DNA of 61,090 bases, the filler included, from Sphacelaria rigidula (Eukaryota): the NCBI GenBank assembly GCA_964200075.2. It is 6 parts of 6 records of this genome, joined end to end, with 100 filler letters (N's around TTAATTAATTAA, not from the genome) between each part and the next. Parts side by side here need not be neighbours in the genome. Positions count along the whole stretch, not along the records: positions 20,399 to 30,496 come from CAXNAA020007147.1; positions 30,597 to 40,694 come from CAXNAA020007148.1; 4 more parts are not named here. One strand, 5' to 3'. Under the pieces are notes generated by a model. It did not search any database. It had not been told where the DNA came from and saw only the letters and a list, made by a program, of their open reading frames with translations. Below, one piece after another: positions 26,276-38,120 of this stretch (position 1 is the first letter of the stretch; each line of letters begins with the position of its first letter). Made by a program: the position numbers and the translations under genes.

Positions 26276-27261
26276 GTAGGGTTACATGTCCCCCCCCCCT
26301 GGACTTCGTTTTATTCAGAGGCTACTCTATTGTTGTGTTGTACCTGTCCTGCTTTTCTCGTTTTGTTTTTCAGCGAGTGTTTCAGATTTGTCTTGTCTCG
26401 GGTACGTGTATCATGTGACCATGGCTGGATCATGATCCCTGGGGGGTCAGTCAAAGTGCCACATCAAGCAAATGAATCAGAGGACGTACACGTCCAAATA
26501 TTTTCTCCTAATACTTTGAAGGTACAGGGGTGAACCCGTAGCATTGCGAGTTAAGTTGATGGATGGGTGACGTGAGTGGTCGTCACAATACTGCCTTACT
26601 GCGGGTCCGTAACTCCGCCATAACTGTACAAACAAGTATGGATACCACCCTTTACAAGGGGCATATTGCCACAAGTGTCCAGTGCGGACTCGACCGATTC
26701 ATCATTTTTCCCCACAGGCGATACCATCATCCCCTGGTGGTGTGGAGTGTAACTGTTCTATTGCTACATCGCGGCGTACCTTGTTTTTCTTCGGTCTTCA
26801 TGTTGTGCACTACTCGGACTTGTGAATGCTGTTTCCCCGCAGTGTTCATGTTGCTGCGGTACTTGTGGGTATGCACATCGATCGCCGTGTGTTTGACGTG
26901 TTTGTTCATGAGCGCGTAATTCCTGCTTCTAAATGTACTGAACCCGTTACCTGTAGACGTGTCCAATGCCGATGTACACGGCGTAGGTGCTTCCATACGA
27001 AGATTATCGCCTAGGGAGGTCAAACCTCAAGTTCGATTCCCTCGTTGAGTACGCCGAATCATGTCCTTTTGGCAAGTGAGTCTGGTGGCACTGTGGGTTT
27101 GCTGGTGTTGTCAATATCGGGGTTGTTTTTTTATCGCTGCGATTCATGTAATACCTCGTAACCTACAGTGCCCCGTGAATGCCACACTCAACAAATTTGT
27201 CAGCGAGCCATCACCGACCAACGTTAGTAATCAATTATGTGCGCTGATGATGTTTTGGCAG

Positions 27262-27387
27262 GCGTACCTGTACCGTAAGATTTTCGAGGACTACTTCCCT
27301 ACCCCGGCCGCAGCCGAAACTGTGCCCATCGGACCCAGCATCGCCTGCTCTACACCGCGCGCTATGGAATGGGATGAGTCCTTTAAG
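27262..27387 (+). CDS. asnB: asparagine synthetase exon
   Basis: cag|AYLYRKIFEDYFPTPAAAETVPIGPSIACSTPRAMEWDESFK|gtgcgg; contains GPSxACS. Confidence 0.95.
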
Positions 27388-27515
27388 GTGCGGTAACCAA
27401 TCATATTTTAGTCAGTATTGCGGTATTGGCGACTTTTTTGGGAACTGTTTCCGATGTGCTTCAGTACCATACATCAGCTATTTTCAAAGGGACTGCACCC
27501 AAGGTGGTGAGGAGT

Positions 27516-27738
27516 GTGCGTGTTGTCATCCCATGTATTCTGGACGTCAGTCTAGACCTTTCGGTATGTGTGGGCGCATCAGCCGAGGACACACAGGAGG
27601 AAGGCCAACACTGGAGTTTTTTTTTCTTTTCTTTTTCTTTTAGTACCCCACCTTCCCTCCGCGGTGCTTGTCTTTATTTTTTATCGCGAGAGGGGTTCAG
27701 CAATCTCTTTCCCTCGTCGACCGTGAAGTCGAACGTTT
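27516..27738 (-). mobile_element. 5'-truncated SINE
   Basis: reverse complement of the SINE 3' half; 8-bp TSD tgaggagt at 27508-27515 and 27739-27746. Confidence 0.88.
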
Positions 27739-28215
27739 TGAGGAGTACCTCGGTCATGTCGTTGAGATCACTGTCCCGTTTTTTCCTTCACCCCTGACCC
27801 TTTTGAAACCGTTGATGGAAAAGCAACGAGATACTGAAGACGTGCTCTTGGGCATGATATGGTTGTTTTTATTGAACTGTTTATGATGCAGCCCATCAAA
27901 GCGGCGCACCACTCTAAGTTCAAGTATATCAATGTGACAGATTCATGCACTGAACTTCAAATGACGCTTTCCCAGTGACGAAATCGCATATGGGAGATTG
28001 GAAATCGTCACATTTCCAGCAACGGTTCCAAAAGGGGTAATCGTTTTTCCTCGCCGGCTCCCCACGCCCACCCCTGCTCCCCGAAAGAAAAAAGCACCAG
28101 CCGACCCAAACGAGAACCTCGTCGAATGGTCAACTGTTTTTATGTTGACTCCATATCTTTACTTCTGACTATTTTCCTGTCTCCTTTTTTGTTTTCGCTC
28201 CTGCCGGATAATTAG

Positions 28216-28323
28216 AAACGCGCCGACTGCTCTGGACGTGCGGTGGGCGGCGTGCACGACTCTGCTTACGATGACAAATTTTCGATCGGAGAGGATGGAG
28301 TTGAGAGCGCTACGGGACAGTAA
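28216..28323 (+). CDS. asnB: asparagine synthetase terminal exon (not in ORF track)
   Basis: tag|KRADCSGRAVGGVHDSAYDDKFSIGEDGVESATGQ*; matches the AsnB C-terminal DPSGRAVGVH.SAY motif; phase 0. Confidence 0.92.
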   Translation, partial: KRADCSGRAVGGVHDSAYDDKFSIGEDGVESATGQ

Positions 28324-28688
28324 CACATGGCCAAGCTCCACAACCCCCGCCCAGTTTTGAAGTTGCTTGAAGAGTTCTTTGCCAGTTTCCGTTCGGCGCT
28401 TTGCGATGTCCATCGATACCTGTTCTGATTGAAGAAACGTATTCGTGGCGTCGAGCAAAATAGCCAAGTTCTGTACAGTTGCAGGTTTTCAATCAGGGCC
28501 GTTTGGCATCCTGCGGTATGTTTGTCCACCGTGTCTGTTGGAAAGGAATGAAGATGTCGCAAAACAGGCGATGGGAAAAAGAGGGCAATGTTCTTCTGTA
28601 TGTACAATTGTTGACCTTAATTTTCTCTTTTATCATTCCGGTGTGCAGCTATGTCGCTACACGCGGCGGTAGGTACTAGCGGCTTCTG

Positions 28689-28691
<3 letters not shown>

Positions 28692-28720
<29 letters not shown>
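28692..28720. repeat. (TG)n microsatellite
   Basis: tgtgtgtg run. Confidence 0.9.
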
Positions 28721-28723
<3 letters not shown>

Positions 28724-30496
28724 TTTTCCTGTGGGCACTCATGAGTCACCACCATTGAAGTACACTGCACGGCCGCCTTGTTTTCCCCTTGCTGCACACT
28801 TTTCGAGTGTGCCTACCTTCATATTGGCATTTTGTGGTGGCTTATTCCATCCCGCCCACACCTGTTTCCGTACGTTCTGTGACGGAAAAAGATGAGAGGT
28901 GATGTTGACAATGCTGGTGCAAACTGTCGGGTTTCGCAGAGCACAAGTCAGGACTGAAGGAGTTTGGTACTCATGTGCGAGTGAAGTTCCAGAGGGCGTC
29001 TCCGTTTGAGCGGTGGCGAGCATCGCTGTCAAAGTCACCACAGTGGCGCGGAGGGTTTTCTTGTACTTTTTTTTTTTTTTGAGTCTCACATCGTGGGATA
29101 TGTACACTGTCGTGACTGTAATATCTCTCCGGAATTAAGGAGAACACATGGTATCCGTTTGGCGGGGTTGATGTTTTTTTTCAGCTCGTCGTGTGATCGA
29201 TGGATTTGGTTGGTCGAATGATTGATCGATCAATGAATGACCAATGTTTTGCGGTCTTTTTCCTTTCCTGCCTTTGTTTTATTGATATTCGTGTGTGCTG
29301 TTTTCCCATCGAGCTTTATATGCCGTAAACTACTGTACGATATTTTACTTCGTACAAAATTACGAACTTGTTTTGCTGACCTGTTGAGTGGGTTTGGTCC
29401 GATTTTACTCGATCGATTCAGACCCGGAGTCACTTCAAATCGCGCAATTTCCATTCGCGAGGAAGGATCCGCCAGAGTTTTCCATAGGACTATGCGGATG
29501 CGATACGTTGCATAATTTTGGGATTCACGGTCCGAGGGATTAGGGTCGAGCGGGGTTCGCGCGTCCCGTCTATTTAAGCTTTTGGCAGTGGCGGTACGGT
29601 AGTGTTCCTGTCGAAATCTCAGAGTGTAGTCGTTTCATATTTCGTAGTCATTTTTTTCATGATTTTGCATACTGCAGTCCCAATCACATGATCAATATTT
29701 TTATACAATATTTATTCTCTTCGTCCAAATTGCAAAAATAACATTTCGCCGCTCGAGTACAAACAAGAGCCTGACCTTCTCACGCCTGGCACTGAGTTTG
29801 ACAGTGATGGTATAAGAAGACATCCATTTGCACAGTTTTGAACCTCCTTGTGCATGCAAGCTCTACAAGACAGTACCACCCGGGGTCAAGCGGAGCCGTC
29901 CTTCCACCTCAGTGTCGAGTTGCCTGGGGGAAAACTGAAACAGGAAATGAGCATCTAAAGTGGTAATTTTCAAGGACCTAATTTTGGTTGTCCCTCGCGG
30001 CGGGTCTCGAACCCACGAAATTTTCCCTAGAGCAACTTTTCCTCCATATATTTTCGTACTCCGGATATTCGTTTTTGCTTCTTGATTAATTTCGACCTGA
30101 AGCCAGCCATAATCGAGTTCAAAACCAGGTGATGTAGAACCAGTTTTTTGCGAGGAATCCAAAATATATATATACAAGGGGTTCGGCGGCTTCCGCCGCC
30201 ACGCTCAATGAGATCGATAGCCAAGATATGTGAGGACCGGTCATCGTTGCTCGCGTTAGGTGACGGAACAGGTCATGGCTTCAAGTGCAGTATATTGCGC
30301 TGTGTGCATGTGGAGATCCGTGTCCTGGGAGCAGGGTATGAAGAAGAGGCTTGATGTTTTGACAATTGTACCGATCCGGTAGAACGGGCAAAAGACTACC
30401 CCCACCGTCGAAGAACAGATACGAAGACACTCATTTACTACTTCCACCCACAGCAACGAATAGGAACACGATAAACAGTGTTTTCGTGAGATTGAG

Positions 30497-30596
30497 NNNN
30501 NNNNNNNNNNNNNNNNNNNNNNNNNNNNNNNNNNNNNNNNTTAATTAATTAANNNNNNNNNNNNNNNNNNNNNNNNNNNNNNNNNNNNNNNNNNNN
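30497..30596. other. artificial linker
   Basis: N44-TTAATTAATTAA-N44. Confidence 0.97.
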
Positions 30597-31029
30597 AACT
30601 TTGTTTTAGGTTCAAAGGATTGAGGGACGGAGCTGGTGGTTTGCACCGCCCTCCAAGGTCACTCTCCTTCACTACCATCGGTTCTCCGCTTTGACAGGAA
30701 ACTGCGAGTTCTGCCCTTGTTGGCCAAATAAGCGCCTAATCAACCATTCATCTCACTGATTTTACTTGAAAGCTGCGGAAGCAAGTGGTCCACTCAGCCA
30801 CGGTGCAACCTCTGCATACTACTGTTCGCTGAACAGAAGTTGGCCTGTCGTACGGACAGTGCCACGACCACGACTTATTTCAACATTCAATATGTCGCCT
30901 CGGAGGTGGGGACGAAAGAAAGAGGAATCACCGACACTACCGCAAGTGTCAAGTGCAGCTGAACCTGGCTGCACCACCGTCCAGTTCGACTCCGACATCA
31001 TGCATCACAGTTGTGAGTGGCTGACGCTA

Positions 31030-31560
31030 CCAACACCGGGTCATAAATCATGTTAATTGATTGTCACACTTTAACCGACCATCCCGGGGTCCAGCCCAGG
31101 TGTCATGATGGGCCTACCCAAAAACCGAACTCGAGCACGCTCTGAAGAAGAAGGAAATCGAAACAGGAGAATACAAACAGAAAAAGGGAAAAAGAGTGGT
31201 CGAATAGAACGACATATCAAACTAATTTGTGACAAAAAAATAATAAAAAGTCAACACAAGCAGGGCACAGAATGAGATAGCTACCCCAAGGCAAGAAAAG
31301 GGAAAACAAGAGAAGTATACCAATGGAATAAAATAGAATGAAATGAAATGAACAAATACTGTACATCTTCAAAACTAGGCAAGGATGAGAAATGGTACGA
31401 CATCCGCACCACTGCTGAAGGGCGTGTGCCGTCGTACCGATCTCTGTACAAGCCATGACTACATAAAACAACGCTACGGCTACGCGCGCTGACCACAACA
31501 ACGTGGTACAACTAGTCATACCGTCTCATCTCTCCAGGCGACAACTGTGGTGGATCTGCC
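31030..31560 (-). mobile_element. 3' tail of a non-LTR retroelement family
   Basis: gggtagg..atcatg..acc..ggctgga motif also seen at ~26400 (+) and ~51080 (+); T-rich body and aatc-type tail. Confidence 0.45.
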
Positions 31561-31915
31561 GACATGAGGCAGGTAACTCTCGGTGGCATCCATGAGGGGG
31601 CCGCACGCGACGACTCTTTCAATACACGCGACGACTCTTCATGTTATGAGCCGTACCCCAAAAATACATGCGGAGCCGGGTAGATTATCCGACACACGGT
31701 CGCGGTCGCCCACAGGAGAGGAATCGAAGCCAGATAAAGACCGCTAGTTACACCCCCGGCGCATCTTTGCGTAACATTTCCACAACCGTCAGCAGTCATT
31801 TCATGTACCGCTTCACCCGCGCGACGAAGTCGGCACGCGGCAAAATGTAGCCGGGCTTTCCGGAACCAGCTGGCACGCTTCGGTGAGGACACCTCATCGT
31901 ATTTGGAAAATGAGT

Positions 31916-32331
31916 TCAGTAGTAGCTTTCCGATTCGTAGTGGATGTACTGGGAGTCGCCGGGGTGGTAGTAGTCGTCGTAGTAGTAGTAGTGGTCATCG
32001 TCGTCGTAGTGGTAGTCATCGTCATCGTAGTGGTCGTCGTCATCGTAGTGGTCGTCATCGTAGTGGTGGTCATCGTCGTCGTAGTCATCGCTCTTCTTGC
32101 CTTTCTTGCCCTTCTTGCCCTTCTTGCCCTTCTTACCCTTCTTGCCCTTCTTACCCTTCTTGCCCTTCTTACCCTTCTTACCCTTCTTACCCTTCTTGCC
32201 CTTCTTACCCTTCTTGCCCTTCTTGCCTTTTTTACTCTTCTTCCCCCTCTTCTTGCTCTTCTTGCCCTTTCTCCTCTTCTTACCCTTCTTGCTCTTTTTA
32301 CCATTTCTCGAAAGCCCTCGGCGCTCTTCGC
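31916..32331 (-). CDS. terminal exon of an unknown polyampholyte protein: RXL motif, (KKG)15 block, Asp/His/Tyr-rich block
   Basis: ctcag|gc acceptor; open frame GEERRGLSRNGKKSKKGKKRRKGKKSKKRGKKS(KKG)15KKSDDYDDDDHHYDDDHYDDDDHYDDDDYHYDDDDHYYYYDDYYHPGDSQYIHYESESYY-TGA; repeat variants GGC/GGT, AAG/AAA and GAC/GAT are synonymous in this frame. Confidence 0.8.
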
Positions 32332-32672
32332 CTGAGGTTTCACACGCACGAGGACCGCGTAATCAGAGGGTCGCGTGAGTGTTCGAGTATCTTTACGATT
32401 AGGGTTGGTGTTCTGTGTTAGTTTTGGGGTGAGTGTCGGGGGCGTTGTCCCGGCAGGGACGTGCCCGATTTTGAAAAACATTGATCCTGTACGCACGAGA
32501 TCGTTCCAAGCACGACAATACAAACGAGTAAGCGGTATAGGGGAGTGCAGGCGACGCGTTCACCGAAAACCAAAACTCCCACGGGGCCGTGCGAGCGAAG
32601 GGTTCAGGTCTGGACCGATTCAAGTGCTACGAAGACTCCCGCTATATCACAATGCTACTCGCTCGAGGGGAT

Positions 32673-32883
32673 TGTAATGCGTGAGAGGACAGCGTGCTTA
32701 GAGGACCGCATTGGAATTTGAACATCTCCATGGTTAGGGCTATGGTCAGGGTTAGTGTTGGGGTTATGGTCAGGGGCGTAGTACCTGCAGGGACTGACCC
32801 GATTGGTTTTGAAAAACGTCGATGCTGAGGTGTTCTGAACTACGGCGCGGTCCTCTAAGCGCGCGGTCCTCTCACGCATTACA
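32673..32883. mobile_element. TGT...ACA MITE (Ginger-like), best-preserved copy
   Basis: ~37-bp TIR tgtaatgcgtgagaggac.gcgtgcttagaggaccgc; 5-bp TSD gggat; internal ggttagggc/ggttatgg repeats. Confidence 0.85.
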
Positions 32884-32896
32884 GGGATTACCATGA

Positions 32897-33080
32897 GTGT
32901 GCGTTTTGTGTGTTGTCTCCAATATATTCTGACGCCAGTCTACCCCTTTCGGGATATGTGGGCACATCAGCCGGGGTCACACAAGGTCAACACAGGAGCT
33001 CGTGCTTCATTCGATTTCAGTGCCCCACCTTCCAACTGCTGTGCTTGCCTCCATGTTTTTGCTGGGCGGGGGGAGCAGAA
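32897..33080 (-). mobile_element. degenerate SINE fragment
   Basis: tatgtgggcacatcagccggggtcacaca matches the SINE reverse complement. Confidence 0.7.
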
Positions 33081-33305
33081 TCCATGGCCGTTATATATGT
33101 GCGATGCAATGTGGAAGGGAAAAGATGCTGAGGATTACAGATGTTTTACGCACAACCGTACTCCGACGCAATCCTGTCATCAGGTGGGTCAGCAGTTCAC
33201 AGTGATATGCTTACATCGGATCCATTCGGGGAACTGAGGGCTGTGGTGTGGGCAAAATGTAGGACCTTTCCATCTGGCCCAGCTCGTAATTGATTCGTGA
33301 TCGTT

Positions 33306-33512
33306 TGTAATGCGTGAGGACCCCGTGCTCAGAGGGCCGAATCGTAATTCGGAACACCTCAGGATCGACGCTCTTCAACATCAATCGGGTCAATCCCTGC
33401 AGGTACCACGCCCCTGACCCCAACCTCAACACCAACTTTAATCCGAACCCCAACCATGGGGATGTTCAAATTGCGATGCAGTCCTCCAAGCACGGTCATC
33501 TGACGCAATACA
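33306..33512. mobile_element. TGT...ACA MITE copy
   Basis: same TIRs; flanking duplication atcgtt. Confidence 0.8.
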
Positions 33513-33853
33513 ATCGTTTCGCAAATTACACTATTACGCAAGAGGGTAGCCATGAAACGCATCTAAACACCCTGCCCCATTACGACCAAGGTTACAAACA
33601 TAGCCGTAGGACGGATGTCGTAAGTAAGGCGGTGGCGGATGTCGTGAGCGCCCGCGACAGCACTGGTGATGGTATTATGAGTGTCGACAGTACAGTAGTA
33701 GTACAACCCTCAACTGTCTCGACTCAATAGTGCTTCACCATACACCGACATGTGCAGCACTCGTGAATGACTAGCGGGCGCCGAGGAACACTACCCGTGT
33801 GCCCAACGCTGTCCACTCTGCCAGGTTGGTATCCGGAGGCTGTTTACGGTCCT

Positions 33854-34092
33854 GTGTGTGAGTTGCCGTCCCATATATTCTGCACGCCGGTCTACACCTT
33901 CAACCTTTCAGTATATGTGGGCGCACCAGCCAGGGTCACACAAGAGGAAGGTCAAGACAGGAGGTTCTCTCGTTCTCTATGTGTTTGTTTTCAGTGCAGT
34001 GCTCCATTTTTCTTTCGAGATGCTTGCCATTATTTCTTATCGCGAGAGGGGTTCAGCAGTCCCTTTCCCTCGTCGACAGTTTAGTCGAATAT
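33854..34092 (-). mobile_element. SINE 3' part
   Basis: atcgcgagaggggttcagcagtccctttccctcgtcgac matches the SINE reverse complement. Confidence 0.8.
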
Positions 34093-34881
34093 ACTGCTGT
34101 CCCCAAAAGAACGCTAATCCGTACAGTACTGTACTGCTGAGGCCGTTATACCCAAATACAAGTGCACGGCGAATGAATTAGGTCGTTCCGGTCATTTATT
34201 TCCCCCCTGGAAATGAACACGTTACCTATCGTATAGCACGGCCTTGTACATGCTCTCCCGCGCTGTACGGGTAACACCGCATGGGTAGGCGCAGAGTACG
34301 AGCGCAGAAAAACACGGCGCGACTTTCAACTGATTGACACCGACCCTGAAAAGTTGACGGATCAACACCTACGTGGGAAAAATAAATTAGAACAAATCTA
34401 GGGTGTAAACGTGAACAATCCAGTCGTTCTCACTCCTATCCTCGAGTTTTGCCTCTTTTCCGAACCTCTTAATGACGTTATCGGCAATACGCACCTTGCG
34501 TACAGCAGACAGAGACATGGCACCGCCGAGGATCCAACCTACGGAACTGCGCATCCACAGCACGCAGTACGTCGTACCACAACCTACCGCTGTAACCTCG
34601 TAGTAGAGGTCAAGACTGTGGTGTCGAGTACAGGGTTGGGACGCTGTTTGGGCATTAGAGGAAGGTGTGTTTTACTCCAGACTCGGTGCTGTGCAATACA
34701 GCGGCGACGGCCTCGACGAAAAATAGCAAGATCAGTTCACTCATTTGCGAGTCATTTGTCAAGTTACGACAGACGACCATTCCTGTCTAATATTTCCACC
34801 GAACAGTCCCCTCATCCTCCAGCATTTTTCAAGTTAACGACAGACGACCATTCCCGTCTGTAATGTATTAACATGATCGCC

Positions 34882-35064
34882 AGAGGGGTCCCGCAGTCAA
34901 CTTCCCCTCGTCGATCGTCCGGTCGAATTTCGTCTACCCAAGACGTGGTCGCTTTCCACTTTTGGGCAGTGTGTGAGAAAAAATCCAAGATCGCTTCGGG
35001 AATCGAATAAACTGAACGATCAGAAGGTTAGGAGGTTATCAACTGAGCCCTTGGGGCGACCGGC
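34882..35064 (-). mobile_element. SINE 5' part
   Basis: aactgagcccttggggcgaccggct is the reverse complement of the tRNA-like head. Confidence 0.8.
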
Positions 35065-35499
35065 TCCATCCATTTCTATTTCCCCAACCCAACACCGGTG
35101 TCACAACTCGAAGTCCCCGTGCCGGTTCACCTTGGGTGTTTAGTATTCATATTTGGTACGTCGGATTCGGATAAAAATATATTCAGACTAATGCCGAGAT
35201 GGCCCCCCCACAACACGTGCACCGGCACCATCTAACGAACCGGCTGCGATCCCACTTTTGGGCTCGTTGGCAGCAACTTCAACAATGACAAGCGTGTAGC
35301 AGTCCGAAATCAGCCATAACGCCCAAATCAGTCGCGTCGTGCGGCACGAAACAAGCTTCAACGGCAGTTATCATCATCGCGTCCGTGCACGTTTTTGGCC
35401 GGTTTTGGGGGGGGGGGGGCTATCTCAGCAGCAGTCTTCACGATGTATTGAACACTCCATCATCGATATTGCTGATAAATGCCCGGAGGATTCAAATCT

Positions 35500-35965
35500 T
35501 TGTAAAAAATCTTTGTATCCACACGAAATTCTTCGAGTATGGCTCAATTCCTTCTCTCACTGGTAGGTATTGACAAGTACTGCACGCCCAAAATATTTGG
35601 GTTTCCATCACCAAAATCTTGCGTGAGAGGACCGCGTGGTTTGAGGACCGCATCGGAATTTCAACATTCCCACGGTTGGGTTGGGGTTAGGATTGGGGTT
35701 AATATGATGGTCAGGCACGTGGTACCTGCAGGGATTGGCCCGATTGGTTGTGGAAAGCGTCGATCCTGGGGTGTTTTCAACTACGGCGCGGTCTCCCAGA
35801 ACGCGATGCTCTCACGTATTACATCACGGGGAATTGAGGTGATCCGATCGGATCACCGAAATAAGTGGAACCATATCTCGAAGATTTGGTGTTGATACGA
35901 AGATTGTGTACCACGTCTCATCCTCAATGAACACTTCGTCTTCAATTTCCATGATCGCCTGTAAT
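35500..35965. mobile_element. foldback MITE (46762 family) interrupted by a TGT...ACA MITE (~35620-35823)
   Basis: ttcgagtatgg and ccatatctcgaagatttggtg family motifs flank a gcgtgagaggaccgcg...ctctcacgtattaca copy. Confidence 0.7.
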
Positions 35966-36040
35966 TGGTGAAAAATGAGGAGATTAAAAATATGAAAATC
36001 GGTGTCACTGCACCGCACGCACGACAGGGCATATCCTCAC

Positions 36041-36148
36041 CTTCAGCGGCTGACGCAAGTGTGATTACATCCCCTGGCATCGCTGCTGCCAACACCTCTC
36101 CATTTTGGGCTGCGGTGTCCGGTGCTATTGCAAGCGCAGCCGTGGGCT
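36041..36148 (-). CDS. candidate upstream exon of the KKG/DHY gene
   Basis: ttttgtgcacgtcag|...gaag|gtgagg; 108 nt, phase 1-1, EPTAALAIAPDTAAQNGEVLAAAMPGDVITLASAAEG; phase-compatible with the exon starting at 32331. Confidence 0.6.
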
Positions 36149-38120
36149 CTGACGTGCACAAAAATGACGGATCGACAACGAGCAGAAGCGACGCTTGTCA
36201 AGTTCAACTCATAAACGCACACCGCGGGCACATTGCTACGGGAGGTACTACAGTATTCAGCGTGAGACGTATGCAGAGTCCGTGATATCTAGTTTGTCAA
36301 AAATTGTACAAATTTGTTTTGCTCGAAAGTCATCAGTGACTCTTGGATGCCAAAAAATGGGCATTCAGAAGAATTTTCGACAATTTGAAGGAAAATTTGT
36401 CCGCGATCAATGATGGGTGTCTCACGGGCTTGACCGATCTTCGGGGGTCCTGCGAGAATACGACCCCAGGCTCTCGCTTTTCGGTCTTTTCGGTGGACCG
36501 ACTCGATTCGGATCATATAATGAAGTAAAACAGGAGTGTTCTTTGATATCCTACCTAGTCACTGGGCTCAAGCCGAACACTACGTTCTTCATTCCATTTG
36601 CGGTCAGAAAGACCCTCCTGATAAACGGGATCTCTATCCGCTATCGCCCTCACGACACCAATTTGGGCGGTTATGATATGAGCATGGTTTGTTTATCCCG
36701 CCAAAACGTTCGACGCTAGCACGTCGAGTACTCATGGTGAGCGTTGCGCGAAAAATAATAGTAAGTCATCCACAGAAAATGCTAGACTGAGGTCTGTGCA
36801 GTATAATGGGGAAAAAAATCCCGATCGTTTTTGTTGAGAGTTCCATACGTCTTCATTCATCTGAACACAACGGGGTATCCAATCCTTTTCGCCCAGAGAA
36901 GGCCAACTTGAGCGCTGCAGCTTGAGCCCGGCCTACGCTTTATCCCTACATCTACCGGCGCTACCACTTTCAAGTAGTAGTGACAAATAGCACTCCAGAA
37001 AAACTCCAAAAATAAAACAGTTACTAATTTTGAACACTTCTGATGCTGACTACCATACACCCATTATAGAGCACCAAGCAGAATAAACGATTTTTGTCAT
37101 GGGGTAGACTTACCCACAGAGTGCTGTACCACCCAAAAAATGCCCCGTCGGTGCCACATCGTGGCACTCCACCTTCGACAGTTCCGACCCCTCGCATCGT
37201 GTTCCGCTTTCTTTGTGACGGCGGCAACGTATCCACCCAACAGATGAGAATCTACTCCCTCCGGAGTTACTTTGCAGTATGACCTCCCTTCCAGCTTTCA
37301 GTTTTGAACAAAAACCGCCCTCTCGAAATGCCACCCCCACTGCATTTCCTGTGGAATCACCAATAGGGCACACGATACGACTCACCACCCGTCGCCGAAC
37401 TTGTCGACAGAACGACGGAGAGGACGATCCCCACGACGCATAGGAAAAGCTTCTTAGCGGACCACATGGTGAACTGACAATCCTGTCCGGCAGAAACGGG
37501 GAATACGAACGACAAGGGTGACCACCGCGTTCAAAAGCCCGCCGATAAAGGCTCGATTGACCACACGCATGAGGACGCGTCAAGTACGGGGAAGAGTGCA
37601 CGGTTGTCTGCTGGCACTGTGTCATTCACCGCGTGTCGGTGCAGTGCGACTGTTTGGGGCAAGGTCGTCCAGGGTGTGGTGCTAGACGAAAATCATTTGC
37701 AATTTCCCGACTAATCGCTTCTTCCCACTATACGCCCAGTCGCTGATTGTAAAAACTAGTGATACTGTCGTCCCACGACATGAAACACGTGGGACACCAA
37801 CACAGTAGGTACGAAAGCGCGCTTTGGGGGCCAAAACGCGTCTTTTTCCCATACCGAAATTGAGTCGAAAGTATGGTTTCGGACACACTCGGGGGAAAAG
37901 TAAGGCTACGATACCCCAAAAGTAGTTCCGGGGAGGTCGGGAGGGATGCGTTCGTCCACGTGAAAGTTATCCGTAATCAATTCAGTCGGGGAAAGCACAG
38001 CTTCCGAGTTTGGCCTACACTGTTTTCAATCCCATTTTCGAGGATCCAGGTTATCATTTGTTTCCCTACCGATGACGTTCATAGCGTGAGAGGACCACGT
38101 GGTCAGAGGGCCCGTGGTGG

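Noticed and set aside
31883-32523. ORF-track proteins over the repeat (poly-V/LLA, RRA/poly-T, SCP/SYP, PFL)
   Set aside because: Shadow frames: repeat variation is synonymous in the minus KKG/DHY frame, and low-complexity DNA stays open in many frames
32725-32775. True telomere or interstitial telomeric array
   Set aside because: Degenerate and confined within MITE copies
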